Shown in pieces: positions 39,055-48,945 of a DNA stretch of 64,000 nucleotides. Under the pieces are notes generated by a model. That model searched no databases, was not told the DNA's origin, and saw only the letters and a list, made by a program, of their open reading frames with translations. The stretch comes from an uncultured virus (IMG/VR IMGVR_UViG_3300022660_000058). Taxonomy: Duplodnaviria; Heunggongvirae; Uroviricota; Caudoviricetes. The stretch lies in the IMG/VR virus record IMGVR_UViG_3300022660_000058; one strand, given 5' to 3'. The position numbers and the translations under genes were made by a program. Position 1 is the first letter of the stretch. Each line of letters opens with the position of its first letter.

Positions 39055-40617
39055 ATGAATGAAAACAATATTATAGTTCAAGGTTTAGGCTTTGAAATTG
39101 CTGAAGATAAATCTAATCCTGATTATCTCCAAGGTCGCTTTTGTGTTTGTGATTTTGATGTAAATAAAAACAATGTTTCTTTAAATAGAGATACTATTGA
39201 CGAATGGGTTTCAACTTTGGTAGGAACACCACTTGTTGCCAAGATTACAAAAGATATTAAAGGCAAAGAAGATTTTGGTTCACACGAAATGCGAATAATT
39301 TCTTTTAAGGATGAATCAGGAAATGTTCATAAAAAGGCTGTATTTGATACAAGTGCATTTGGTGTTTGTACCAATGTATCTATTGAAACAGCAGAAGATG
39401 GCAACGATTATATTTATGCAGATTATAAGATTTGGAAACGCTTTGAAAATGCTTGTAAGATTGTACAAGAAAGAGCAGACAGTTTAAGAACTTCTTGGGA
39501 AATTTGTACAGAAGAATTTAGTCAAAAGATTAAAGACGGTGAAGTTATTAAACGAATAGACAAAGGTAGATTTATAGGTCTTGCTATGTTAGCAAAGAGT
39601 GTTCCCCCTGCTTATGATTCAAGTGGATTATTAGAGGTTGCCTCTGAACAAGAAGATGAATTAAATATTGCTCTTATGGAAGATTTACAAAATCTTAATA
39701 TAAGTTCAAATATAAAATCTGAAAATAAGGAGGTTATTGAGATGCAAGATAATATGGAAAACATTGAGCAGACTGTTGAAACATCAGAAACAGTGGAGAC
39801 TGTAGAAGAAGTAGCAGAAACAGAAGTAGTTGAGACTACCGAAACATCAACTGAAACTGAAGTAGTTGAAACAAACGATGTGTCTGAAGTTCAGGCAGAC
39901 AGTGACGAAGTGGAAGCCTCTGCATTAACTGAAAGAGATTTACACCGTAGTCTTAATGAAGCGTTTGAAGCTCCCGACAGTAATGGTAAATGTACTTATG
40001 GCTATCCTGTTCTTATATTCCCTGCTGATAATACAGCTTGGTTTAAAGAGTATGGTGCAAAGTCAGAACTTGACCTTATTGAAGTTAAATATACTGTAGA
40101 AAATAGTCAAGTTAAAATTATAGAAAGAAATCCTGTAACACTTACTATTTCTCCGAGAGAAATTAATAAAGTTGTTGCACAAAAAGATAATGCTATTGTT
40201 GAAATGTCAGCTCAGGTTCAGTCTTTAAATGATAAGGTTGCTGAATTACAGCCTTACAAAGATAAGGTTGATGAAATCGAAAAGGCTGAAAAAGAAGCAC
40301 AGCTTGAAAAAGACAAGAATGAATTATCTGAGTATGCTATTTCTTCAGGTTATATTACCAAAGAAGAATTAGAAACATCTGAAGAAATTCAGGGTTATAT
40401 TAATGAACTTGATAGGGCTTCTATTAAGGCTTTAATTGCTGATAGAGTTGTCGCTTCTTTAGCAAACAAAACACAAGAAGTTGAAACTTCTGAAGCTAAT
40501 GCTGAAAACAACGAAGAAACAATTAATATTCAAATTAATCTTTCAGCAGAAAAAACAGATAGTAAAAAATCCGATAGTTATGCTCGTGATGCTATGAGAG
40601 CATATCTTGGTAGATAA
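39055..40617 (+). CDS. prohead protease/scaffold protein
   Basis: N-terminal domain with SHE, TSWE, PAY; acidic coiled-coil C-terminus. Confidence 0.75.
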   Translation: MNENNIIVQGLGFEIAEDKSNPDYLQGRFCVCDFDVNKNNVSLNRDTIDEWVSTLVGTPLVAKITKDIKGKEDFGSHEMRIISFKDESGNVHKKAVFDTSAFGVCTNVSIETAEDGNDYIYADYKIWKRFENACKIVQERADSLRTSWEICTEEFSQKIKDGEVIKRIDKGRFIGLAMLAKSVPPAYDSSGLLEVASEQEDELNIALMEDLQNLNISSNIKSENKEVIEMQDNMENIEQTVETSETVETVEEVAETEVVETTETSTETEVVETNDVSEVQADSDEVEASALTERDLHRSLNEAFEAPDSNGKCTYGYPVLIFPADNTAWFKEYGAKSELDLIEVKYTVENSQVKIIERNPVTLTISPREINKVVAQKDNAIVEMSAQVQSLNDKVAELQPYKDKVDEIEKAEKEAQLEKDKNELSEYAISSGYITKEELETSEEIQGYINELDRASIKALIADRVVASLANKTQEVETSEANAENNEETINIQINLSAEKTDSKKSDSYARDAMRAYLGR

Positions 40618-40648
40618 ATAAAATAAAATTTTAGAGGAGGAAAAATTA

Positions 40649-41086
40649 ATGCTTAGAAATAGAATTGTTAATGGACAAAAAGCAACTGATGCTACATATG
40701 TAGCACACACCAACCTTAAAAGAGGTATGGGTGTAGTTAAGGGTACAGCAGGTAAAACAGCATTTGTTGGTGAAATCACAGACGAAGGTGTTTTTGTTTT
40801 AGACAGAGATAATCTTCCTGAAGGTGTTGAATGTATGTACACTGATAGAGCTGATACATATTTCGACAATGTTAAAGAAGGTGCTTTTGTACTTCTTAGA
40901 CCCTATGTTATTGGTGAATCATTCTTCACAGACCAGTTTGTTGCTAATGCCGAGGTAGATGGCACAATGATTGGTGTTGGTGTTGACGGTAAGTGGTGTG
41001 CTTATGCAGACGGTATTAAGTTTGTTTCAAGAGGCACAGAAACCGTTGCTGGTGTAAAAATGCTTATCGTTGAAGTTATTCACTAA
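40649..41086 (+). CDS. head decoration/minor capsid protein
   Basis: Position between scaffold and capsid genes; strong RBS. Confidence 0.6.
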   Translation: MLRNRIVNGQKATDATYVAHTNLKRGMGVVKGTAGKTAFVGEITDEGVFVLDRDNLPEGVECMYTDRADTYFDNVKEGAFVLLRPYVIGESFFTDQFVANAEVDGTMIGVGVDGKWCAYADGIKFVSRGTETVAGVKMLIVEVIH

Positions 41087-41125
41087 TAAACAAAATAATA
41101 TTTGAATTTAAAGGAGGAAAAAATA

Positions 41126-42115
41126 ATGGCTAAAAATGAAATTGCTGAGATTATGTCACAAGACGGTCTTGTTTTTGAAACCGCTTGTAGAACAAAATAT
41201 AATATGTCTCTTACTTCAGAGCAGAAAGATGTAGCAGAAGTAGTTGATAAGTGGGCAAAGCAGATTGGTGAAAGAGGTGCTGACCCCGAATGTGAACTTT
41301 CTGCTTTTATTATTAAGACACTTGAACCTGTAGTTTATGAAACACCCGACCATCTTATTGATTTACTTTTCGATAGAGGTTCTGTTGGTGAATTTGACGA
41401 TTATCAGGGTCTTATCAATCCTAAGAATACCTTAAAAGCATATGAAGCTACTAAGGGCGGTAGCGTTCCTAAGTCATATGTTGACTACACAGAAATCAAG
41501 CCTGTGTGGAAACACGCTCAGATTGAAACAGAGCTTTCATACACACAGCTTCGTAAGAATGGTTGGAAGACTGTTGCAAATCTTACTATGTTTATGGAGG
41601 AAACTTTAAAGAATAAGCTTTTCCGTGATTGCATTGCTTATCTTGATACTCTTATCACCTCTTCAATGCCTGAACAGTATTTCACAGCAAGTGGTTCTCT
41701 TACTCAGGCAGGTATTGACCAGCTTACACTTTATCTCCTTGAACACGGTGTAAATCCTCTTATTCTTGGTAGAACAAAGTATGCACAGCAGATTGCAAGA
41801 ATGACAGGTCAGGCTCAGTATATGTCTGAAGAAATGAAGAACAACTTCAACCGTTATGGTCTTGTTGACTTTGTTGACGGTGTTCGTGTTGCTCATATTC
41901 CTTCAGTTATTAAGGTAAATGAACAGCCTGTTCTTGCAGACAAGACTCTTTATGGTATTTCAGATAAGATTGGTACTCTCGAAACAAGAGGTTCTCTTCG
42001 TGCTTATGAAACATTTGATAATACTGCTGAGAGAGTAGATATTAAGCTTACAGGTTTTGAATATGGATTTATGATTACAAATCCTGAAAATCTTTGCAAG
42101 CTCGTTATTGAATAA
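41126..42115 (+). CDS. major capsid protein
   Basis: About 330 aa, AAGGAGG RBS, position, terminator after. Confidence 0.8.
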   Translation: MAKNEIAEIMSQDGLVFETACRTKYNMSLTSEQKDVAEVVDKWAKQIGERGADPECELSAFIIKTLEPVVYETPDHLIDLLFDRGSVGEFDDYQGLINPKNTLKAYEATKGGSVPKSYVDYTEIKPVWKHAQIETELSYTQLRKNGWKTVANLTMFMEETLKNKLFRDCIAYLDTLITSSMPEQYFTASGSLTQAGIDQLTLYLLEHGVNPLILGRTKYAQQIARMTGQAQYMSEEMKNNFNRYGLVDFVDGVRVAHIPSVIKVNEQPVLADKTLYGISDKIGTLETRGSLRAYETFDNTAERVDIKLTGFEYGFMITNPENLCKLVIE

Positions 42116-42132
42116 GATTAACATATTTTAAT

Positions 42133-42160
42133 GGGGATATATTAAGTTATATCCCCTTTT
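42133..42160 (+). terminator. rho-independent terminator
   Basis: GGGGATATA...TATATCCCC followed by TTTT. Confidence 0.8.
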
Positions 42161-42202
42161 CTATAATTAAAAATAAAATTTAATATAAGGGAGTTTTTAC
42201 TT

Positions 42203-42901
42203 TTGATTACAAACAATACTGTTATTAATGTATGCAGTTATATGCCTTCAACTATTATTGCATCAACAAGTGTTCAAGATTATGTTTTTGAACCCTGTAT
42301 GACGGATAATCCGATTATCCTTCCTATGACTGCTGTTGAAGTTAAAGAAATTCATAGTAAATCAGGTGTATTTACAGATGGATATTTAACATTTGAAGAT
42401 GAAGTTAAAGCAGATATGTATGCTTTCTTAAAGATTCAAGATTGGGAAAATATCTTAAATCAAATTGAAATTATGGACTGTATTCTTTCGGGTAAAAAGA
42501 ATGATATTGCAAAATTAATCAATATTAAATCCAAGGGATATTTTGACAGAGTTTATGGTGTATATATTGCTTTAAAACAAACAAATAGTTATGACATTTC
42601 TATGCGTGTGGCAAAAGCTATTGAACATAGATATAAGGAATTACAGCAAGGAATTATTAAGACTCAAATTGAATTAGTAGATAGTTTTAGCAATGAAGAT
42701 AGTAAAGATAAGGAAATTGCTGAAAAGGATGAATTATTAAAACAAAGTCAGCAGAAGGTTTCTGAGCTTGAAGAAAAAATTGCTAATCTTACTAAGTTAT
42801 TTGAAGAACAAATGAAATCGCAAAACGAAAATAAAGCAGATACAACCAAATCGGAAACCAAATCTGCCCCAAAAAGAGGGCGACCTGCTTCAAACAAATA
42901 A
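42203..42901 (+). CDS. hypothetical head-region protein
   Basis: Position; C-terminal coiled coil and KRGRP. Confidence 0.7.
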   Translation: MITNNTVINVCSYMPSTIIASTSVQDYVFEPCMTDNPIILPMTAVEVKEIHSKSGVFTDGYLTFEDEVKADMYAFLKIQDWENILNQIEIMDCILSGKKNDIAKLINIKSKGYFDRVYGVYIALKQTNSYDISMRVAKAIEHRYKELQQGIIKTQIELVDSFSNEDSKDKEIAEKDELLKQSQQKVSELEEKIANLTKLFEEQMKSQNENKADTTKSETKSAPKRGRPASNK

Positions 42902-42926
42902 CAACATTGTAAAGGGGTGATTAACA

Positions 42927-43421
42927 ATGGTTGAATTTGAAACATTGTATGAGGCATTTTTTGATAAAATAGAAAAAGATAAAGACTTTTTTAGTTATAA
43001 TAATGTGCCTATTGAATATGCTTTAGATATTGCTAAAATGCGTTCCAACAGATACCTTAAAGAAGCGTTGTCTGCCATATCATTAAAATGCACCCCTGAT
43101 AAATGTGGTAAAAACTTTATAGATTTTGATGATAAAAATAAAGTTTTAAATTATGACTTGTCGTATATTGAAATAGATATAATAGCAAGCGTAATGTATG
43201 AAAAATATTTGTTTAGGGAATTTAGCAAATTAAAAGCACAAGCAAATAGATTTACAACTAAAGACTTAAATGTATTTAGTCCTGCAAATGAAAGAAATAG
43301 TTTTAGTGCTATGTATAATCTTATTGTACAAGCAAACGAGGTAATGATTGATAGATATAATTCAATAGACCATACAACAGGCAACACTCTAACATTAGAT
43401 TATAGTAATATCGAAGATTGA
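42927..43421 (+). CDS. putative head-tail adaptor
   Basis: Position and size; FSPAN motif. Confidence 0.6.
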   Translation: MVEFETLYEAFFDKIEKDKDFFSYNNVPIEYALDIAKMRSNRYLKEALSAISLKCTPDKCGKNFIDFDDKNKVLNYDLSYIEIDIIASVMYEKYLFREFSKLKAQANRFTTKDLNVFSPANERNSFSAMYNLIVQANEVMIDRYNSIDHTTGNTLTLDYSNIED

Positions 43422-43431
43422 GGTGGTATGA

Positions 43432-44442
43432 TTGAAGGATATTAATTATTACAGAACAATAAGTAATTCTTTAAATTGCACCCAACAACAATCTGAAATA
43501 TATGAGGCTAAAAATGCTTTGTTATATGATTTTGATTCTAACCCTTCTTGCAAAACAGTGTTATTAAATAATATACAAACAAATGTTCTTGCTTGGGTGG
43601 ATACCGATATAATAACTGGTGGTAAAAGTTATAAGGTTAGGTGTAAACCAAATCAGGTTTTAAAAATCGGTGATATTTTAAAGATGGATGATGATATATA
43701 TTTTGTAACCAAAGTTGATATAGATAAATTAATTTCTTACGCAGGAACGCTTGCCAAAGCTACTTGTATCTTGAAATTTTATAAAAATGGAGTTTACAGA
43801 GAACTTCCCTGCTTTATCAATGTTGGTACAAGAAACTATATTAATGAAAGAGATAATGATTTTATGAGATTGCCTAAATCATTATATACAGCTTATTGTC
43901 CCGATTTAGGATATTTAGACAAAGAGGATGTTAATATAAGATTTTTCATTCGTGACTATATTTACAGAGCTGTTGGTATTGATAATTTAACGGTGTTGGA
44001 AGATGAAGTTAGAGATGGTTTGATTATTATAAAACTTCAAGATGATGCCGTATGTGCTGACGATAATATGGAGTTAGGCATAGCTAATTATTGGAGTAAT
44101 CAGCCACATAATATTCCAAGTGGAGACACAGATAAAACTGATGAATATATAATTGACATAGATTTTGATAAGACATATTTTACTTGTGGTGAAACAGTTA
44201 AGATTCAAAGTTTTGTTAAGAATAATGAAACCATTGAAACAAAAGCGTTGTTTTATATATCAGATGAAAATGGCAATATAATTGATTATGCAAAAATTAT
44301 TAGTGCCGAAGATAATTTTGTTTCTTTGAAAATTAGTAGTAATAGTAAATATATTGGTAAAAAAATTAAATTAAGAATTTTATATCCCGATTTACAGAAT
44401 ATCACTTTTGAAAGAATATTTACTATTCGTAGTTTTATTTGA
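43432..44442 (+). CDS. putative head-closure/neck protein
   Basis: Position; DDNMELGIANY motif. Confidence 0.55.
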   Translation: MKDINYYRTISNSLNCTQQQSEIYEAKNALLYDFDSNPSCKTVLLNNIQTNVLAWVDTDIITGGKSYKVRCKPNQVLKIGDILKMDDDIYFVTKVDIDKLISYAGTLAKATCILKFYKNGVYRELPCFINVGTRNYINERDNDFMRLPKSLYTAYCPDLGYLDKEDVNIRFFIRDYIYRAVGIDNLTVLEDEVRDGLIIIKLQDDAVCADDNMELGIANYWSNQPHNIPSGDTDKTDEYIIDIDFDKTYFTCGETVKIQSFVKNNETIETKALFYISDENGNIIDYAKIISAEDNFVSLKISSNSKYIGKKIKLRILYPDLQNITFERIFTIRSFI

Positions 44443-44456
44443 TTGGGGTGGTATAA

Positions 44457-44942
44457 ATGATTGGACAAAGTTTTGGAGATATGCGTAATAAGGTCTGTTT
44501 TGAATTATTACAAAATCAAAATATTATAAAAGCATTAGTTGTTGAAGATAAAGATTTCTTAGATACTACATTAAACGAGGAACAACAAAAATATATAGAC
44601 AAACCTTCGTTATTAATGAGAAATTATGTTTATCCGTATAAGAAAATATTTGATACGGCTACGGAGCATAAAACTATTATCTCGACTGAATTTTCAAACT
44701 TTAATAAACAAGGCAAAAGTTATCGTAATGGTTTAGTGACATTTTATATTTTATGCCCTATTGAAATTGAAAGTACGACATACGGTGTTAGATATGATTA
44801 TATTGCTGATGAAATCGAAACAATTTTCACCAAAACAACTATAGGCGAATTTAATTTTCATAATCGTGGAGACATTGAGGTCGGAGATAGATATATTGGT
44901 CATTATATTACATTAAGAATTACAGAGTTTCATATTGTGTAA
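44457..44942 (+). CDS. putative tail terminator
   Basis: Position; RYDYIADEI. Confidence 0.55.
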   Translation: MIGQSFGDMRNKVCFELLQNQNIIKALVVEDKDFLDTTLNEEQQKYIDKPSLLMRNYVYPYKKIFDTATEHKTIISTEFSNFNKQGKSYRNGLVTFYILCPIEIESTTYGVRYDYIADEIETIFTKTTIGEFNFHNRGDIEVGDRYIGHYITLRITEFHIV

Positions 44943-44951
44943 AGTGGTGTT

Positions 44952-45665
44952 GTGTTTATGGAATTAGATTTAGTTTATTTAGAAGCTCAAAAGCCAATTA
45001 AGTTTAATAAAATTCCTATACACCAAATCACTCTCGATGAGATATTGGATTATGGTATGGAAAAATACAATATGTTACTCCTTCCCTTTTTGATAGATAT
45101 AGATGATTTAGATATTCCCGAAGAAGTTCAAAGTCAAGATATAAATATTTTTGATATATTAACGGTTAACAACAACAATTTATCTATGCTATTAAATAGC
45201 ATTAGTTTTTTTTGTAAAACAGACAAGATTGGTTTTGATGAACAAAAACAAACTTTGTATATTGGCGATGGGCATATAGACAAAAATAACTTTGCAGATT
45301 TTTCAAAGATTATTTTGGAGTCAAACTCAAAACAAAAAGTGCAAAAAGAAAAGCCACCTAAAAATATGACAGCAAAACAAAAAGATATATGGAATAAATT
45401 ACAAGAAGGTAGAAGAAGAAGTGCCGAAAAATCACAAGTTGATTTATCTGATTTAATAAATGCGTGTCAATTTGGTGGAGATTATTATATTCCGATGAAT
45501 GACATATTACAATGGACATTATGGAATATTGCAAGATGTTATAAAGCAATTTTAGGAAAAAGCAGTTTCCGTGAATTGTTTGATATATATTGCGTTACAG
45601 GCGAAGAAAAATTAATTAAAAATCATCATTGGACTGATTTAATCAGAGTCAATGATAGAAAATAA
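44952..45665 (+). CDS. putative tail assembly chaperone
   Basis: Position before the tail tube gene. Confidence 0.5.
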   Translation: MFMELDLVYLEAQKPIKFNKIPIHQITLDEILDYGMEKYNMLLLPFLIDIDDLDIPEEVQSQDINIFDILTVNNNNLSMLLNSISFFCKTDKIGFDEQKQTLYIGDGHIDKNNFADFSKIILESNSKQKVQKEKPPKNMTAKQKDIWNKLQEGRRRSAEKSQVDLSDLINACQFGGDYYIPMNDILQWTLWNIARCYKAILGKSSFRELFDIYCVTGEEKLIKNHHWTDLIRVNDRK

Positions 45666-45679
45666 GGAGGAATAATTAG

Positions 45680-46447
45680 ATGAATATTTATGGTATTAAA
45701 GACAGTGCCAACTTTTTCGTAAAGTATAAGAGTGGCGATAAAAAGGGCAAGACATTTATTTACTCTAACTATGCAACCGTTTCAACTAACGATTGGAGTT
45801 CTGAGCAGGTTTATGCAAAGTCTAAGAATGTTAATGCAATTAGATGGGACTACAACCGTCAGTCTACTCTTAAGGTAGATATGGAGATTTTTGACCTCAG
45901 ATGGATTTCTATGCTCTTTGGTACAGAGTTTGTAGAGGGCGATATTGATATTCTTAAGAGAGAAGTTCTTACTGTTACAGATGGTAAGGCTACTATCGCA
46001 GGTACACCTGTGGCATCATCATTAGAAGTATATAAGCTTGACGATGATGGTATTACACACATTGACGAGCTTACACTTGCAACCGAAGCTACTCCTGTTG
46101 CTGGACAGTACGCTATTGCAGAGAAGGTAATTACAGTAGATAGCACTGATTTCCCCAACGATAGTCAGATTGTTGTATTCTATTTAACCAAGAAATCAGG
46201 TGCTAAAACTCTTACTATTTCAGGCGACAAGTTCCCACAGAACTTTGAAATTTATGCAGATACTTTAATTAGAGATACTAATGGTGTTGACGAATTTGTT
46301 AATATCCACTATCTCAATGTTAAGGCAAAGTCACAGTTTACTCTTACAATGGACTCTGCCAACATTACTACACTCTCTATTGAGTTCGATGTATTAAAAG
46401 ACAGTGGTTCTGAGGATATGGCTACATACACCATTTACGAAGACTAA
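45680..46447 (+). CDS. major tail tube protein
   Basis: YGIKD...TISGDKFP...SIEFDVL; strong RBS; terminator after. Confidence 0.75.
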   Translation: MNIYGIKDSANFFVKYKSGDKKGKTFIYSNYATVSTNDWSSEQVYAKSKNVNAIRWDYNRQSTLKVDMEIFDLRWISMLFGTEFVEGDIDILKREVLTVTDGKATIAGTPVASSLEVYKLDDDGITHIDELTLATEATPVAGQYAIAEKVITVDSTDFPNDSQIVVFYLTKKSGAKTLTISGDKFPQNFEIYADTLIRDTNGVDEFVNIHYLNVKAKSQFTLTMDSANITTLSIEFDVLKDSGSEDMATYTIYED

Positions 46448-46472
46448 TTTTACAAGTAAATAAAATAATATT

Positions 46473-46501
46473 TAGAGTAGGGTTTTCCCTACTCTATTTT
46501 T
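46473..46501 (+). terminator. rho-independent terminator
   Basis: TAGAGTAGGG-TTTT-CCCTACTCTA followed by a T run. Confidence 0.8.
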
Positions 46502-46528
46502 ATCAGTTTTAAAGCGGAGGTGATTTAA

Positions 46529-46804
46529 ATGGCTAAAATCATAAAAGTGATTTATAGTTCACCTGCTATCCCTCAATATCCCTACGATGTTGAAATTGGA
46601 ACAATTTATGAATGTGTACAAGATAAGAATAAATATTCTATTAGAGGTAAAAACTTTGAACGAGTTTTCAATCTTGAATTTATAAAAAGAACTTTCAAGC
46701 CTTGCGAGGGCTATAGTTGGGATATGCTTGACGAAAATAAAGAAGTAGAAAATACTTCTAAACCAATTAAGAAAACAAAAACAAAGAAAAATAAAGATGA
46801 ATAA
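46529..46804 (+). CDS. hypothetical protein
   Basis: GGAGGTG RBS. Confidence 0.65.
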   Translation: MAKIIKVIYSSPAIPQYPYDVEIGTIYECVQDKNKYSIRGKNFERVFNLEFIKRTFKPCEGYSWDMLDENKEVENTSKPIKKTKTKKNKDE

Positions 46805-46818
46805 GGAGCTGATTTATT

Positions 46819-47271
46819 ATGGATTTTTATGTAAAGAATAAGATAATTCAGCTCGACAAAAAAACTATACCTATTGATGAGCCACCTGTAAGTTACAACA
46901 AAGGTTATGAGGCTAATTTTATATTTGACGAAGAATGGGATGGATTAGTTAAAACAGTAAGATTTGTTAATGGGAATAAACATAAAGATGTTATTTTGGA
47001 GAATGATAGTTGTGAATTTCCTATTGATATTATGGGGTCGGTTGTTGAAGTCGGTGTATTTGCAGGTGATTTAAAATCAACTACCTCTTCTTATGTTGTA
47101 TTTCTCCCCTCTATCCTTGAACATTTTGGTGTGCCTGTAGACCCTACACCTGAAATTTATATGCAAATTATGAGGCTGATTCAAGAGATTAAAAACGAAA
47201 CTGATAACGATGAAAAGGCAGTTGTTGTTTTTAAGTCTTGGAGTGAACAGGATGTAGAGGAGGCTGAATAA
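46819..47271 (+). CDS. BppU-like baseplate/tail accessory protein
   Basis: FIFDEEWDGLVKTVRF...EVGVFAG...PTPEIY. Confidence 0.6.
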   Translation: MDFYVKNKIIQLDKKTIPIDEPPVSYNKGYEANFIFDEEWDGLVKTVRFVNGNKHKDVILENDSCEFPIDIMGSVVEVGVFAGDLKSTTSSYVVFLPSILEHFGVPVDPTPEIYMQIMRLIQEIKNETDNDEKAVVVFKSWSEQDVEEAE

Positions 47272-47272
47272 T

Positions 47273-47749
47273 ATGCTTGTGTATGGTGATAAAAGATTTA
47301 AGGGCATTGGAGTTACAAACGGTATAGGACTTGATACTTCCGATGCCGATATAACCCCTGCCGATATGCAAAATGGTAGAATGGGTTATGCGAATGGACA
47401 AAAAGTTATTGGTACAGGTAAATGCTTTGAAAAAGCAGGTTATGGTCAAAGAAAAATAAAATTAATTACTGATGAAAATGGTAATAAAAAATATGGTATT
47501 TCAATCTTAACTAAGACGATACCTAATATTATTTTTGTTTCCTCTACAAATATAGGTGATATTGTTTTACAAGAAAATTTTGTTTTCTCGTTAATAGAAA
47601 ACGAAAGGCAAAAAATAGGTGTTGACTACATTACATCGGGTGAAATTAGTGCTTATCACAATGGGTCGTTTCTTAACATTTATTTTGAAAATATAGAAAA
47701 TACAGAAACAAAGTTAATGTATTTTTATGGAAAGGATAATTATATATGA
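47273..47749 (+). CDS. tail-associated protein
   Basis: TSDADITPADM..G..GYANGQKVIGT tail-fibre-type motif. Confidence 0.6.
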   Translation: MLVYGDKRFKGIGVTNGIGLDTSDADITPADMQNGRMGYANGQKVIGTGKCFEKAGYGQRKIKLITDENGNKKYGISILTKTIPNIIFVSSTNIGDIVLQENFVFSLIENERQKIGVDYITSGEISAYHNGSFLNIYFENIENTETKLMYFYGKDNYI

Positions 47750-47955
47750 GTGTACAGTTAGAATTTTGGTATGCAATTATAGACGAAGAAACAGGAGAGT
47801 GTATCGGTATCGAAACATCTACTGATTTAATAACACAGGAAGAAGCTCCTATGTATATTCGGATTGAAGGTTATATTCCTGAATACGAAGGTAAATATTA
47901 CATCAATGGTGAATGGTACGAAGATGCCAATGGTACTACCCCTTGGAATCCCTAA
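47746..47955 (+). CDS. small tail-fibre-associated protein
   Basis: YAIIDE.TG.C...GKYYINGEW. Confidence 0.6.
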   Translation: MSVQLEFWYAIIDEETGECIGIETSTDLITQEEAPMYIRIEGYIPEYEGKYYINGEWYEDANGTTPWNP

Positions 47956-47983
47956 TAATAAAACAGAATAGGAGGAATGATTG

Positions 47984-48160
47984 ATGGCGGTTATTAATGA
48001 TTCCCCACAACTAATAATTAACACATATCCTTCGGAAGAAGTATTTAAGAAAGCAAAAGAGCAAGGTAAAGTTAATGACAAAGAATTACATCTTATCGAA
48101 GGTGAAGAAATGGAGGCATTAAGCAATGCCGACCTTGAAGAAATTTTAAGAAATTTATAA
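47984..48160 (+). CDS. 58-aa tail-associated protein (below ORF-track cutoff)
   Basis: MAVINDSPQLIINTYP...ALSNADLEEIL; GGAGG RBS. Confidence 0.6.
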   Translation: MAVINDSPQLIINTYPSEEVFKKAKEQGKVNDKELHLIEGEEMEALSNADLEEILRNL

Positions 48161-48176
48161 GAAAGGAGTATGACAA

Positions 48177-48935
48177 ATGGCTAATAAAGAACAATTTTTA
48201 GATAGAAATGGTGTGAGTCATTTTTATCTCCTTATTAAAAATAAATTAACCACTTATTTTAAAACATTATTTGTTTCTAAAAAAGATGGTTATGATTTAT
48301 CACAAAACGATTTTACAAATGAATTAAAGGCAAAGCTTGAAAATATGGATGGTTCAGGTAGCGGTGGAAATGGTGAAGACGAAATTGTTATTGTTAATGT
48401 CGAGACATTTGATGAGGACACTATGACAGGTACTATCAGTCAAGAAACAGCAGATATTCTTCAAAATTACACTGGCGATAAGCCTACCTATTTAAGCTGT
48501 ATGGGTATATATATGCCTTTTAACGGTGGCGAAAACCTTTATTATACACTCGGAAATATGGCAATGATAATGCAGATAAACTACAATAATCTTACTTGCT
48601 CTATCACTATAAGTGAGATGCTTACTCTTGATGAGAGTAGAAAAATTAACACGGAATATCTTCCATCTTATGTTGATGATGTCATTGAAGGATATTTAAA
48701 CTCAGAAAACGGACAGTTTTATGAGGTGGCACAAGATGTTGGCGACAATAATTTTTCTTATCAAAGACTCATTACAGGTGAAAGTGGAAAACTTTATGTT
48801 GATTTACATACGAGTCATTCATATCGTTGGAGTGGTTCAACATTTGTAAAACTTGAATCTTCCGCAGGTCTTACAGCATTAACAAACACAGAAATTGATG
48901 AAATTATAGCATCAGTAGATAGTTCAACCGAATGA
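48177..48935 (+). CDS. tail fibre-associated protein
   Basis: LSQNDFTNELK and LPSYVDDVIEG...GESGKLYVD...YRWSGS motifs. Confidence 0.7.
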   Translation: MANKEQFLDRNGVSHFYLLIKNKLTTYFKTLFVSKKDGYDLSQNDFTNELKAKLENMDGSGSGGNGEDEIVIVNVETFDEDTMTGTISQETADILQNYTGDKPTYLSCMGIYMPFNGGENLYYTLGNMAMIMQINYNNLTCSITISEMLTLDESRKINTEYLPSYVDDVIEGYLNSENGQFYEVAQDVGDNNFSYQRLITGESGKLYVDLHTSHSYRWSGSTFVKLESSAGLTALTNTEIDEIIASVDSSTE

Positions 48936-48945
48936 GGTGATTAAA